Shown in pieces: positions 1 through 9,015 of a DNA stretch of 64,000 nt (within the stretch, counting starts at the first letter, position 1; each line of letters begins with the position of its first letter). The translations under genes were made by a program, and so were the position numbers. The notes under the pieces were generated by a model that saw only the letters and a program-made list of their open reading frames with translations, had not been told where the DNA came from and did not search any database. The DNA comes from Vulcanimicrobiota bacterium (GTDB lineage: Bacteria; Vulcanimicrobiota; Vulcanimicrobiia; Vulcanimicrobiales; Vulcanimicrobiaceae), in NCBI GenBank assembly GCA_963777315.1, contig CAVZQC010000002.1:608001-672000 (forward strand). Direction: 5' to 3'.

Positions 1-700
1 TCATCCACGTAAGCCCGCGAATTACACGCGAACGCGCGCCGCACGCGTGCGGATCCGTTTCGCACGGGCGAGCGCAGCGCGGGCAGTAGCGCAGCTGCTG
101 CACGGAAGCGCCCAGCAGCGAGTCAATTAGCGCGCCCACGAAACCGGCGGCCGCGACGATCCACCAAGATCCCACGCCCAGCGACCATGCAACGAGCGCG
201 ACGATCAGCGCGCCGGCGGCTTCCGCTGCCGTCCCCGCCGGTGTGATGCCGCCCGACAGGCCCGTCGACACCGGCCGAAGCGTCAAAATCGAGCGGGGTG
301 CAGCGCTCGTCAGCGTGCCGATTTCAGTGCCCCACGTATCCGAAGACGCCGCTGCGAATGCTCCGGCAAACGCGGCGGCCGCTGCCCCGTGCGGTACGGC
401 CGCGGCAATCAGCGCGCAGGCCGCGGCGACGCCGCCGTTTGCCATGACTTGCCACGCATCGCGCGCCGCGCCTTTGTCGATGTCGCGCAGCGCGCGTTTG
501 CGTCTGCGTCCGATGCGCGAAAGCACCGTGGACGGAATGAAGAAGCTGAACAGCACGGCTGCATACGTCCACGAGCCCGCGCCGAAAACACATGCGCCGA
601 CGATCCACGCCGCCGCCGCGCCGCTCGCGGTGAGCGCGCGAGAGCGCCAGGCCGCCAGCGCGATGGCGCCGGCAAGAACGATGGCAATCGCTACGCGCAC
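1..700 (-). CDS. DUF92/TMEM19-family membrane protein (3' end runs off window)
   Basis: Manual translation from GTG at 700: VRVAIAIVLAGAIALAAWRSRALTASGAAAAWIVG...RDAWQVMANGGVA...DTWGTEIG...GLSGGIT..G...DSLLGASVQ. These motifs are typical of DUF92. The ORF is absent from the track because it has no stop in the window. Confidence 0.85.
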   Translation of the reverse strand, partial: MRVAIAIVLAGAIALAAWRSRALTASGAAAAWIVGACVFGAGSWTYAAVLFSFFIPSTVLSRIGRRRKRALRDIDKGAARDAWQVMANGGVAAACALIAAAVPHGAAAAAFAGAFAAASSDTWGTEIGTLTSAAPRSILTLRPVSTGLSGGITPAGTAAEAAGALIVALVAWSLGVGSWWIVAAAGFVGALIDSLLGASVQQLRYCPRCARPCETDPHACGARSRVIRGLTWM

Positions 701-713
701 GTAACGCCGCCCC

Positions 714-1487
714 TTAAGCCGCGCGCAGGTAACGCAAGAGCGCGGTCAGCAATCCGGCGGCGGTGAAGTCGGAGGCGACGACGCGGGGCTGCAGGCCCAT
801 CTCACGCGCGGTTTGCGCCGTGATGGGTCCGATGCAGGCAACGAGTTTATTCTGAGCCGCGGCAGCGCAAGCGACGCCGCCGCCCAGGTTGTGCGAGAAC
901 CCGCGAACGGTACTGGTGCTCGTGAAAGTCAGAATGTCGCTCTGCTGTACCTTGCCGGCGAACTGCGGATCGTCGGTGAAGACCGTTTTGTACGCAGCAA
1001 CCACGTGTGGGTTGCGCCCCGCTGCGCGTAAACGCTCGGGCAAAACGTCGCGCGCTTCCTGTGCGCGGTAAATCAACAGGTCTTCGCCCGGTCTGCTTGC
1101 GACGATCAATGCCTGCGCCAGGTCTTCGGCGACGTACGATTGCGGAACGAGATCGGCGTAAATTCCGCGCGTGCGCAGCGCCGCCGAGGTGGCGATGCCA
1201 ATCGCGGCGATCTTGGCGCTTCCCAACGCCCGCGCATCCTCCCGCCGCGCATCGAGCAGATCGAAGAAGGCCTTTACGCCGTTGGCGCTGGTGAAAACGA
1301 TCCAGGCGTTGCCGCCCGCACTCGCAACGGCTAGTTCTGCGGCGGCGCGATCGTCGGGGGGACGCATTGCAATCGTCGGAGCCAAAATCGGGTGCGCGCC
1401 GGCCGCGGTAAGCGCTTGAACGAATTCGTGGTTTTGGTGTGCAGGCCGCGTGACGAGCACGCGTTTACCGTTAAGCGGCGAGCTGAC
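714..1487 (-). CDS. hemD: Uroporphyrinogen-III synthase
   Basis: C-terminal part of ORF 714..1808: KRVLVTRP, WIVFTSANGV, IAAIGIAT, VVAAYKT, LTFTSTSTV, ACIGPITA. The expected start at 1487 reads GTC instead of GTG (see findings). Confidence 0.9.
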   Translation of the reverse strand, partial: VSSPLNGKRVLVTRPAHQNHEFVQALTAAGAHPILAPTIAMRPPDDRAAAELAVASAGGNAWIVFTSANGVKAFFDLLDARREDARALGSAKIAAIGIATSAALRTRGIYADLVPQSYVAEDLAQALIVASRPGEDLLIYRAQEARDVLPERLRAAGRNPHVVAAYKTVFTDDPQFAGKVQQSDILTFTSTSTVRGFSHNLGGGVACAAAAQNKLVACIGPITAQTAREMGLQPRVVASDFTAAGLLTALLRYLRAA

Positions 1488-2815
1488 TCGTCGACATCGG
1501 CCGTCGGTTGCGACGGACGGGCTTTGGCCAGTTCCTCGGCGATGTTCAGTTCGAACAGCTCGTCGAGCAGACGCGCGTGTTCGAGAGCTTCGGAGTGGTT
1601 GGACGCGGTTTTGTCGCGAATCTTCGTCACGACCGTGTGCAGCAGTTTGGAGATGATCGTCATCGACATCCCGGTGATGAGCATTTTCTCGCGTTCGCTC
1701 AACTCCGGGCAGCGCGCGAGCAGCCGATCGAGTTCCGCCGAGCGGACGGTTTCGGCTTTTCGGGTGAGCGACGCGATCACCGGAACCGCCAGCCGCGATT
1801 GATACCACTGGTGAAAGCGCTCGAGGTATTCCTCGATGATTTCTTCGACCTGCGGAATGGCCTCGCGGCGCACTTCCAGCTTTTCCTGCACGTGCGATTT
1901 GAGCCCGTCGACGTCGATCAGCGTGACGCCGTCGATGTTGGCGACGTCGGGGTGGACGTCGCGCGGTACCGCGATGTCGATGATGAACAGCGCAGCGTTC
2001 GGGCGACGCGACATGGCTGGCGCCACGATGTCCGGCGTCAGCACGAAATGCGAAGCGCCCGTCGAGGTGACGGCAATGTCGGCGCAGGCCAGTGCATCGA
2101 GCAGCCCGGGCAGCTCGACCGCGTGCCCGAAGCCGATCTCGCTGACCACGTCTTGCGCGTGCTTGATCGTGCGGTTACTCACGATCAGGTTGCGGGTGCC
2201 TTCGGCGCGCAGACGCTTTGCCGCGGTTCGGCCCATTTTGCCTGCGCCGATGATGACGACGTTGCGATCGGCCAGCGTACCGAATTGCCTGCGCGCCAGC
2301 TCGATGGCCGCCGTTGCAATCGAGCTCGATTCGTCGCCGATCCGAGTCTGCGAGCGGGCGGATTTTCCCGCGCTCATCGCTTCCCGGAACAGGCGGTGCA
2401 GCGTTTTTCCCAGCGAGCCGGCATCTTGCGCGGCGATGAACGCGTCCTTGACCTGGCCCAGAATCTCCGCCTCGCCGATCAGCATCGAATCCAAGCCCGT
2501 ACTCACGCGCAGCAGATGCTCGACCGCGGCGCGCCCCAGCAGCGTATAGAGATACGATTCCAAATCGTAGCCGACCATGCCGTGACGGAAGTTCAACAGA
2601 AACGACTTGAGCTGCTCGACGCCCGCTTCGTAGTCGGAAACGTCGGCGTAAATTTCCAGCCGCCCGCAGGTTTGCAGCATGACCGCTTCGCGAACGGCCT
2701 GGTAATCGCGCAGAGCGACCAGCGCGGCCTCCATGCGGGAAGCCGGAAACGCGTGGCGCTCGCGCACTTCAACGGGCGCGGTATGGTGAGAGAGTCCCAG
2801 GCAAACCAGCGGCAT
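1331..2815 (-). CDS. hemA: Glutamyl-tRNA reductase (natural end probably ~1484; read-through tail as written)
   Basis: GLSHHTAPVEVRE, LQTCGRLEIY (catalytic Cys), GLDSMLIGEAEILGQVK, IGAGKMG, IDIAVPRDV. Confidence 0.95.
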   Translation of the reverse strand: MPLVCLGLSHHTAPVEVRERHAFPASRMEAALVALRDYQAVREAVMLQTCGRLEIYADVSDYEAGVEQLKSFLLNFRHGMVGYDLESYLYTLLGRAAVEHLLRVSTGLDSMLIGEAEILGQVKDAFIAAQDAGSLGKTLHRLFREAMSAGKSARSQTRIGDESSSIATAAIELARRQFGTLADRNVVIIGAGKMGRTAAKRLRAEGTRNLIVSNRTIKHAQDVVSEIGFGHAVELPGLLDALACADIAVTSTGASHFVLTPDIVAPAMSRRPNAALFIIDIAVPRDVHPDVANIDGVTLIDVDGLKSHVQEKLEVRREAIPQVEEIIEEYLERFHQWYQSRLAVPVIASLTRKAETVRSAELDRLLARCPELSEREKMLITGMSMTIISKLLHTVVTKIRDKTASNHSEALEHARLLDELFELNIAEELAKARPSQPTADVDESARRLTVNACSSRGLHTKTTNSFKRLPRPARTRFWLRRLQCVPPTIAPPQN

Positions 2816-2918
2816 CTATCGTCTTGTCATCGTATGGCGCGCGCAACCCTGCCAACTAGCGGTTTTATCGCACGGCAGAGGCGCTGCCGACTCCAGGGCA
2901 AGCGGCCCTCGAGCCCGA

Positions 2919-4223
2919 TCAACGCTGCACCGGCGCGAGCAGTTGCTCGAGTGCATCGTTCGCCGCTGCAACCGTCTGCTCGACCTCACGCGTGCCGTGC
3001 GCGCAGGACACGAATGCGCTTTCGAACTGCGAGGGCGCCAAGTACACCCCGCGATCGAGCATCGCGTGAAAGAAGCGCGCGTACAGCGCGGTATCCGACG
3101 TCATGGCGCTTTGCAAATCATGAACCGGGTCTTGCGTGAAGAACGTGCACAGCATCGAGCCCGCATAAGCGCTGTAATGCGGAACGTCGTATTTGGCCAG
3201 CACTTCGTGCAAGCTGTCGCAGAGCAGTTTTGCGAGCACCTCGAGCCGTTCGTACAGCGTCGCATCGGCGAGAATGGTGCGAAGCGTCGCGATGCCTGCA
3301 GCCATCGCAAGCGGATTTCCCGAGAGCGTTCCGGCTTGATAGACTGCACCGTCGGGCGCAAGTTCTGACATGATCTCCGCGGAGCCGCCGAACGCGCCGA
3401 CCGGCAAACCGCCGCCGATCACTTTGCCCAGCGTGGTGAGATCGGGCCGCACGTTTTCGCGCTCCTGCGCGCCGCCCCGTGCGACGCGAAAGCCCGTCAT
3501 CACTTCATCGAAGATCAGCAGCGTTCCGTGCTGCGTGCACATCGAGCGCAATGCTTGAAGATACCCGGGCTGCGCCGGAACCAGGCCCATATTGCCGGCG
3601 TACGGCTCGATGATCACCGCCGCGATCTTGCGCGGGTGCGCATCGAAGACTGCTGCGACGGCCTGCGTGTCGTTGTACGGCAGCACGATGGTTTCGCGGG
3701 CGACGCCTTCGGTAACTCCGGGCGAGTTGGGAATCCCGTTGGTGAGCGCGCCGCTGCCCGCGGCGATCAAAAATGAATCGGCGTGGCCGTGGTAGCAGCC
3801 GGCGAACTTGACGATGAGCTCGCGGCCGGTGTATCCGCGCGCCAAACGCACGGCGCTCATGGCGGCTTCGGTGCCGCTGGACGTAAAGCGAATGCGTTCG
3901 ATTGACGGCATCATCGTGCGGATCAATTCGCCGAGCTCGGACTCGGCTTCGGTCGGCGTGCCGAACGAACTGCCGCGCTGGGCAGCCTGCGCGATCGCTT
4001 TGACGACTGCGGGATGCGCGTGTCCGAGAATCAACGGTCCCCAGGACAGCACGTAGTCGACGTACTCGTGCCCGTCGATGTCGTACAGGAACGGGCCTTG
4101 GCCGCGCTGCATGAACACCGGCGATCCGCCGACCGCGCGGAACGCCCGCACCGGCGAATTGACGCCGCCCGCGATGATGCCTCGCGCTCTGGCGAAGGCG
4201 GAGATGGACCGTTCTAGACGCAA
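2919..4223 (-). CDS. hemL: Glutamate-1-semialdehyde 2,1-aminomutase
   Basis: GGVNSPVRAF, SGTEAAMSAVRLARGYTGR, FDEVMTGFR, TLGKVIGGGLPVGA, YQAGTLSGNPLAM. Confidence 0.97.
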   Translation of the reverse strand: MRLERSISAFARARGIIAGGVNSPVRAFRAVGGSPVFMQRGQGPFLYDIDGHEYVDYVLSWGPLILGHAHPAVVKAIAQAAQRGSSFGTPTEAESELGELIRTMMPSIERIRFTSSGTEAAMSAVRLARGYTGRELIVKFAGCYHGHADSFLIAAGSGALTNGIPNSPGVTEGVARETIVLPYNDTQAVAAVFDAHPRKIAAVIIEPYAGNMGLVPAQPGYLQALRSMCTQHGTLLIFDEVMTGFRVARGGAQERENVRPDLTTLGKVIGGGLPVGAFGGSAEIMSELAPDGAVYQAGTLSGNPLAMAAGIATLRTILADATLYERLEVLAKLLCDSLHEVLAKYDVPHYSAYAGSMLCTFFTQDPVHDLQSAMTSDTALYARFFHAMLDRGVYLAPSQFESAFVSCAHGTREVEQTVAAANDALEQLLAPVQR

Positions 4224-4232
4224 TGCCGACCT

Positions 4233-4808
4233 CTATGCCTGGAGTAATGCGCGGCGATCTGCCGCCGTATTAACGTTGGCAAAGACGCGTTCGTCCGAAA
4301 GGTGCACGCGTTTCGCACGAAGCTCTTCGACGACGGCCGCAACTCCTCCCGATCCGCCGGACCGCAGGCCGGCTGCTGCGGCCAAAAAGGCAAGGCGGTC
4401 GTACAGAGCGCACAGCGGCTCCAAGGGGCCGGCGGCGTTGACCGGCACCACGGCTTGAAGGGACGGCTCCCACAACGCCGTCAGTTCGCGCGCGGTGGCG
4501 GCAGTTACGAACGGCGCGTCGCCCGCGACCACGAATATGCGCTGATGCGGAATCTGCTCGAACGCCGAGTAGAGCGCGGCTGCCGGACCGCGGCGGGGCC
4601 AGCGATCGACGATTATCGGGCAATCGAGCTCCCTGTCGATCTCGGGCGGAAAGGAGCCTGCGGCGGCCACATAGACCGGCCCCGCGTCGCGCACGTTGCG
4701 ATAGACCCGCAGCACAAGCGGCCTGCCGCCCGCATCGAGATGCAGCTTGCCGGGCAAGCGCGTCGCTTCGCCGCCGGCCAAGATGACGACGGCCGGCGGT
4801 GGAGTCAT
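4233..4808 (-). CDS. MobA-like NTP transferase (molybdenum cofactor guanylyltransferase family)
   Basis: VILAGGEATRLPGK, GPAAAL, VAGDAPF, LEPLCALY, FANVNTAAD. Confidence 0.85.
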   Translation of the reverse strand: MTPPPAVVILAGGEATRLPGKLHLDAGGRPLVLRVYRNVRDAGPVYVAAAGSFPPEIDRELDCPIIVDRWPRRGPAAALYSAFEQIPHQRIFVVAGDAPFVTAATARELTALWEPSLQAVVPVNAAGPLEPLCALYDRLAFLAAAAGLRSGGSGGVAAVVEELRAKRVHLSDERVFANVNTAADRRALLQA

Positions 4809-5797
4809 AGATAGGCGTGCCGCGCGGCGAAATCTTTGGCGAAATACGTGATGACGATGTCGGCTCCGGCGCGCACGAAACAGACCAGCAGTTCGTCGAC
4901 CGCGCGCTCTTCCTCTATCCAGCCGTTTTGCGCGGCAGCTTTGACCATCGCGTACTCGCCGCTGACGTTGTATACCGCGATCGGCGTATCGAATCGCACT
5001 CGGGCCGCGCGCACGATGTCTAAGTACGCAAGGCCAGGCTTGATCATCACGATGTCAGCGCCTTCCGCAACGTCCAATGCGATTTCGCGAAGCGCTTCAC
5101 GTTCGTTGGGCGGATCCATTTGATAACTGCGCCGGTCGCCAAATGCGGGCGTGGAATCGGCGGCTTCGCGAAACGGTCCGTAAAACGCCGAAGCGTACTT
5201 TGCGCTGTACGCCATGATGGCGGTCTGTTCGAAGTTGTCGGCATCGAGCGCTTTGCGAATCGCCCCCACGCGCCCGTCCATCATGTCGGAAGGAGCAATG
5301 ACGTCGACGCCGGCCCGCGCGTAGGTCAGCGCGGTTCGCGCGAGCACTTCCACCGTGGCATCGTTTTCGACGTCCCCCGCCGTATCCAGGATTCCGCAAT
5401 GCCCGTGATCGGTGTATTCGCAGTTGCATAAGTCGGCGATGACCACGACGTGAGGAAAGGCGGCTTTGATGGCGCGCGCGGTGCGCTGGACGATGCCGTC
5501 GGGGTCGTAGTTGGCGCTCGCGAAGGCATCTTTGGTCTGCGGTATTCCGAACAGCAGCACGCTGTGCAGCCCGAGCGCGTCGAGCACGCCCACCTCTTGC
5601 ACTGCGCCGTCTGCGGTGTAGCGTTCGATGCCGGGCATCGATCCGATGGGACCAGCGCCGTTCGCATCTTCGACCACGAACAGCGGCTGCACCAGTTGCG
5701 AAACGTGCACGCGATGCTCGCGCACCAGCGATCGCATGCTGGGGCTGCGTCGCAGCCGTCGCGGACGAAACGTTTGCTGCAAGCTAGCGCGCTGCAT
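4805..5797 (-). CDS. hemB: Porphobilinogen synthase (Zn-type)
   Basis: RPRRLR, DLCNCEYTDHGHCG (three Zn-binding Cys), APSDMMDGRV, YSAKYASAFYGPFREA, AVYNVSGEYAM. Confidence 0.97.
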   Translation of the reverse strand: MQRASLQQTFRPRRLRRSPSMRSLVREHRVHVSQLVQPLFVVEDANGAGPIGSMPGIERYTADGAVQEVGVLDALGLHSVLLFGIPQTKDAFASANYDPDGIVQRTARAIKAAFPHVVVIADLCNCEYTDHGHCGILDTAGDVENDATVEVLARTALTYARAGVDVIAPSDMMDGRVGAIRKALDADNFEQTAIMAYSAKYASAFYGPFREAADSTPAFGDRRSYQMDPPNEREALREIALDVAEGADIVMIKPGLAYLDIVRAARVRFDTPIAVYNVSGEYAMVKAAAQNGWIEEERAVDELLVCFVRAGADIVITYFAKDFAARHAYL

Positions 5798-6713
5798 GCG
5801 CCGCCAAAAGTGAATCTGCGCCGCGCTTGATCAGAGCGCGCGCGAGTGAAACGCCCAGGGCTTGCGCTCGTTCTCTAGTGTCCGCCGCCGCGCCGACGCG
5901 CTCGCGCAACGCTGCGCGCCCGTCAGGCGCACCGACGACTCCCCACGCGACGAGCGCATCGCCCTCGTATCGCGCGTGAATGCCGATCGGCGCTAAGCAT
6001 CCGCCGCGCAGCTCCCGCAATGCTGCGCGTTCGCAGAGCACCGCGCGTTCCGCCCGGTCGTCGTTGATCGCTTCGCGCAGACGCTCGGCGATGTCGCCGG
6101 CATCGGCGCGAGTTTCGACTGCAAGCGCTCCTTGCGCTACCGCCGGAACCAACTGCGCGGGATCGAAGGCAACCGTGTAGCGGGCAAAAACGCGCAAACG
6201 GCGCAGCCCCGCGGATGCGAGCACGAGCGCGTCATACGCACCCTCGCGCAGCTTGCGCAGCCGCGTATCGATGTTTCCTCGCACGTCAAGGTACTGGAGA
6301 TCGTGGCGCATGCCGGCCAGCTGCGCGCGCCGGCGCGGACTCGACGTGCCCACGCGAGCTCCCGCGGGCAGATCCGCAAACGTCGCATACTTTTCGCTGC
6401 AAAACGCGTCGCTGGGATCTTCGCGCGCGGAAATTGCCGCGATCTGCATGTCGTCGGGCAGAACACTGGGCAAGTCTTTGCACGAGTGAACGGCGTACTG
6501 CGCGCGCCCATCGCGCAGCGCTGCCTCGAGCTCCTTGACGAACACGCCGTCCGAGCCGATCGCCGCCGGCGAACGATCCTGCACCCGATCTCCGGTCGTG
6601 GTCACGGCCAGAATCGTGGTTGCGATCCCGCAGGCCGCAAGTTTGGCTGCGACGATTCGCGCCTGCGTCATCGCCAGCGCGCTTGAGCGCGACGCGCACA
6701 CCGCAACGGGCAT
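5784..6713 (-). CDS. hemC: Hydroxymethylbilane synthase
   Basis: SRSSALAMTQ, TTGD, GVFVKELE, AVHSCKDLP, GTSSPRR, RGNIDTRLRKL, GGCLAPIG. The start (ATG 6713) is inferred; 6746 is an alternative. Confidence 0.93.
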   Translation of the reverse strand: MPVAVCASRSSALAMTQARIVAAKLAACGIATTILAVTTTGDRVQDRSPAAIGSDGVFVKELEAALRDGRAQYAVHSCKDLPSVLPDDMQIAAISAREDPSDAFCSEKYATFADLPAGARVGTSSPRRRAQLAGMRHDLQYLDVRGNIDTRLRKLREGAYDALVLASAGLRRLRVFARYTVAFDPAQLVPAVAQGALAVETRADAGDIAERLREAINDDRAERAVLCERAALRELRGGCLAPIGIHARYEGDALVAWGVVGAPDGRAALRERVGAAADTRERAQALGVSLARALIKRGADSLLAAHAAR

Positions 6714-6789
6714 GCGCGTGCGTATCGTATCGTTGGAATCGGCCATTGGGGCATGACTTCGCTGCAAGCGTGCCCAAAACTCTCCGCTC

Positions 6790-8430
6790 ATGCGCAGCCC
6801 CTTACGTGCCGCCCTCATTGCCGCGGGGATTGCGGCGCTCGTGACGATACCGGGGCTGGGCAGCGGCACGTTGTGGGACAACAGCGAAACGGCGTACGGC
6901 GAAGTGGCGCGCGAGATCTTGCTCACGCGCAGCTGGGTCGTCATGCACCTCAACGGGGTGCCGTGGTTCGTCCAGCCGCCGCTCTACTTTTGGATCGCGG
7001 CGATTTGCGCCAAACTGTTGGGCGTCACGTCGTTCGCGCTACGGCTTCCTTCGGCGCTGGCCACGGTCGCCATGGGCGGCATGACGGCGTACGCGGTCAC
7101 GCGCCAGGCCGGAACGCGCGCCGGTTTGTACGCCGGAGTCGTGCTTTCGACGTGCCTGATGCAAGCAATCGTCGGGCGGCTCGCCATCATGGACGCCCTG
7201 CTCGACCTGGCGGTTGCCTTTGCCGTTTTTTGGTGGTTTCGCTCGGTGCAGACGGGCCGAGACCGGTACTTGCTCTACGGTTCGATAGCCGCCGCGCTCG
7301 GTTTTCTGGCCAAAGGGCCGGTTGCGCCGGTCGTCGCGCTGCTGGTCATCCTGCCATATTATTTCTGGGAGCGTCGAGCCGGCAGCGCGCACGCTCCGTC
7401 GTGGCGCGGATGGGCGGGCGGAATCGCACTGTTCGTTGCGATCGTGGCGCCGTGGTTTGCCGCGCTGGCTTCTGCAAGCGGCGCCCATTCGATCTTCGAA
7501 TTGATCGGCCACTATACGTTCGGGCGCTACACGCAAACGATCGAAAATCAAAGCGGACCAATCTGGTACTACGTCCCGGTCATCATTCTCGGATTCTTTC
7601 CGTGGATCGCGTTTCTGCCCTCGGCGATCGCATTGGGCATCGATCGTCTGCGCCGGCGCGCGCTCAGTCTCGACGAGCAGAACGCGCAGCAAATCGTGCG
7701 GTTGGCGCTGGTTTGGATCGTGATGCCGCTGTTGTTTTTCAGCTTCGCCAAAACCAAGCTTCCGAACTATATCGCGCTCGAGCTTCCCGCGATGGCCGTG
7801 CTGGTGGCCGTGTACTTCGATGCGGCCGTGCAGCGCGCGCGCAGCCGCTCGGCGTTGATCTCCACGGCGGCGGTTCCGGCGTTCATTTTGCTTTTGGGCA
7901 TCGCCATCGTGTGGTTTTCGCACGACAACCGGCTCACCGGAGACCTTCATACCGTTGCGATCAACTTGATCTACGTCGGCGGAGCGGTGTTCGTCGGGTC
8001 GATCGTCGCGTTCTTCGCATTGCTTGCGCCCGCGCGCGCTCGGGCCGGCGCTCCGTACGTGCTGGGTTTCGCCATGGTGCTCGCGGTCGCGTTTTTGGCA
8101 TTGCTGGCGCTCCCGCAGGCCGAGCGATTCAAGCCCGTGCCGCACTTGGCCAAGATCATCAACGTCAACCGAAGACCCGGCGATGCCGTCGCGATTCTCA
8201 ACGTGTCCGGCGGAAACGCGCTGCTGTTCTACACGCGCCCGCAAGTGCACGTTTTACGCGGCGGCCACGGCGATCGCGGCGTCATCTGTTCGTCTGCGCG
8301 CACGTGGCTCGTCGGTCCGCGCCGGGGCGACGTGCCCGCTTTCGGCGACGCGCCCAAAGTCGTCGCGCACTGGGGCAAAGACTCGCTCTACCTCTACGAC
8401 GGCGCGTCGTGCAAGCTCGCCGGAGGGTAA
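6790..8430 (+). CDS. ArnT/PMT-like GT-C glycosyltransferase
   Basis: LWDNSETAYGEVARE, QPPLYFW, LRLPSAL, LAKGPVA, TKLPNYI; many transmembrane segments. Confidence 0.85.
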   Translation: MRSPLRAALIAAGIAALVTIPGLGSGTLWDNSETAYGEVAREILLTRSWVVMHLNGVPWFVQPPLYFWIAAICAKLLGVTSFALRLPSALATVAMGGMTAYAVTRQAGTRAGLYAGVVLSTCLMQAIVGRLAIMDALLDLAVAFAVFWWFRSVQTGRDRYLLYGSIAAALGFLAKGPVAPVVALLVILPYYFWERRAGSAHAPSWRGWAGGIALFVAIVAPWFAALASASGAHSIFELIGHYTFGRYTQTIENQSGPIWYYVPVIILGFFPWIAFLPSAIALGIDRLRRRALSLDEQNAQQIVRLALVWIVMPLLFFSFAKTKLPNYIALELPAMAVLVAVYFDAAVQRARSRSALISTAAVPAFILLLGIAIVWFSHDNRLTGDLHTVAINLIYVGGAVFVGSIVAFFALLAPARARAGAPYVLGFAMVLAVAFLALLALPQAERFKPVPHLAKIINVNRRPGDAVAILNVSGGNALLFYTRPQVHVLRGGHGDRGVICSSARTWLVGPRRGDVPAFGDAPKVVAHWGKDSLYLYDGASCKLAGG

Positions 8431-8436
8431 GCCGGG

Positions 8437-9009
8437 ATGAACAAGGACCGCATGGTTGCGTTCAGCGACGGCGTCATCGCCGTGATCATCACCATCATGG
8501 TGTTGGAGATGAAGATTCCGCGCGGCTCGGACTTGGGGGCCATCAAACCGACGCTCCCGGTGTTTCTGACGTACGTGCTCAGCTTCGTCAACATCGGCAT
8601 CTATTGGAACAACCACCATCACCTGCTGTACGCGGCCGAGCGCATCGACGGGCGCAGCATGTGGGCGAATCTGCATCTGCTGTTTTGGCTTTCGCTGGTT
8701 CCGTTCACCACCGGATGGATGGGTGAAAACCACTTCGCCGCGCTGGCGACGGCGATCTACGGCATCGTGCTTTTCATGGCGGCCGTCGCGTACGTCATCC
8801 TGCAGATGCTGCTCATAGCGGTGAACGGCAAGGATTCAACCCTCGCGCGGGCGATGGGCAGCGATTTCAAAGGGCGAATATCGCTGGTCCTTTACGCATG
8901 CGCGATACCGCTGGCGTTTTTCGTTCAGTGGGCGTCGGACGTGCTGTACGTGGTTGTGGCAATCACGTGGCTGGTTCCCGATTCGCGCATCGAAAAAAAC
9001 GTTACGTAG
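8437..9009 (+). CDS. TMEM175-family potassium channel (DUF1211)
   Basis: RMVAFSDGVIAVIITIMVLE, YWNNHHH, LSLVPFTT. Confidence 0.9.
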   Translation: MNKDRMVAFSDGVIAVIITIMVLEMKIPRGSDLGAIKPTLPVFLTYVLSFVNIGIYWNNHHHLLYAAERIDGRSMWANLHLLFWLSLVPFTTGWMGENHFAALATAIYGIVLFMAAVAYVILQMLLIAVNGKDSTLARAMGSDFKGRISLVLYACAIPLAFFVQWASDVLYVVVAITWLVPDSRIEKNVT

Positions 9010-9015
9010 CCGCGG

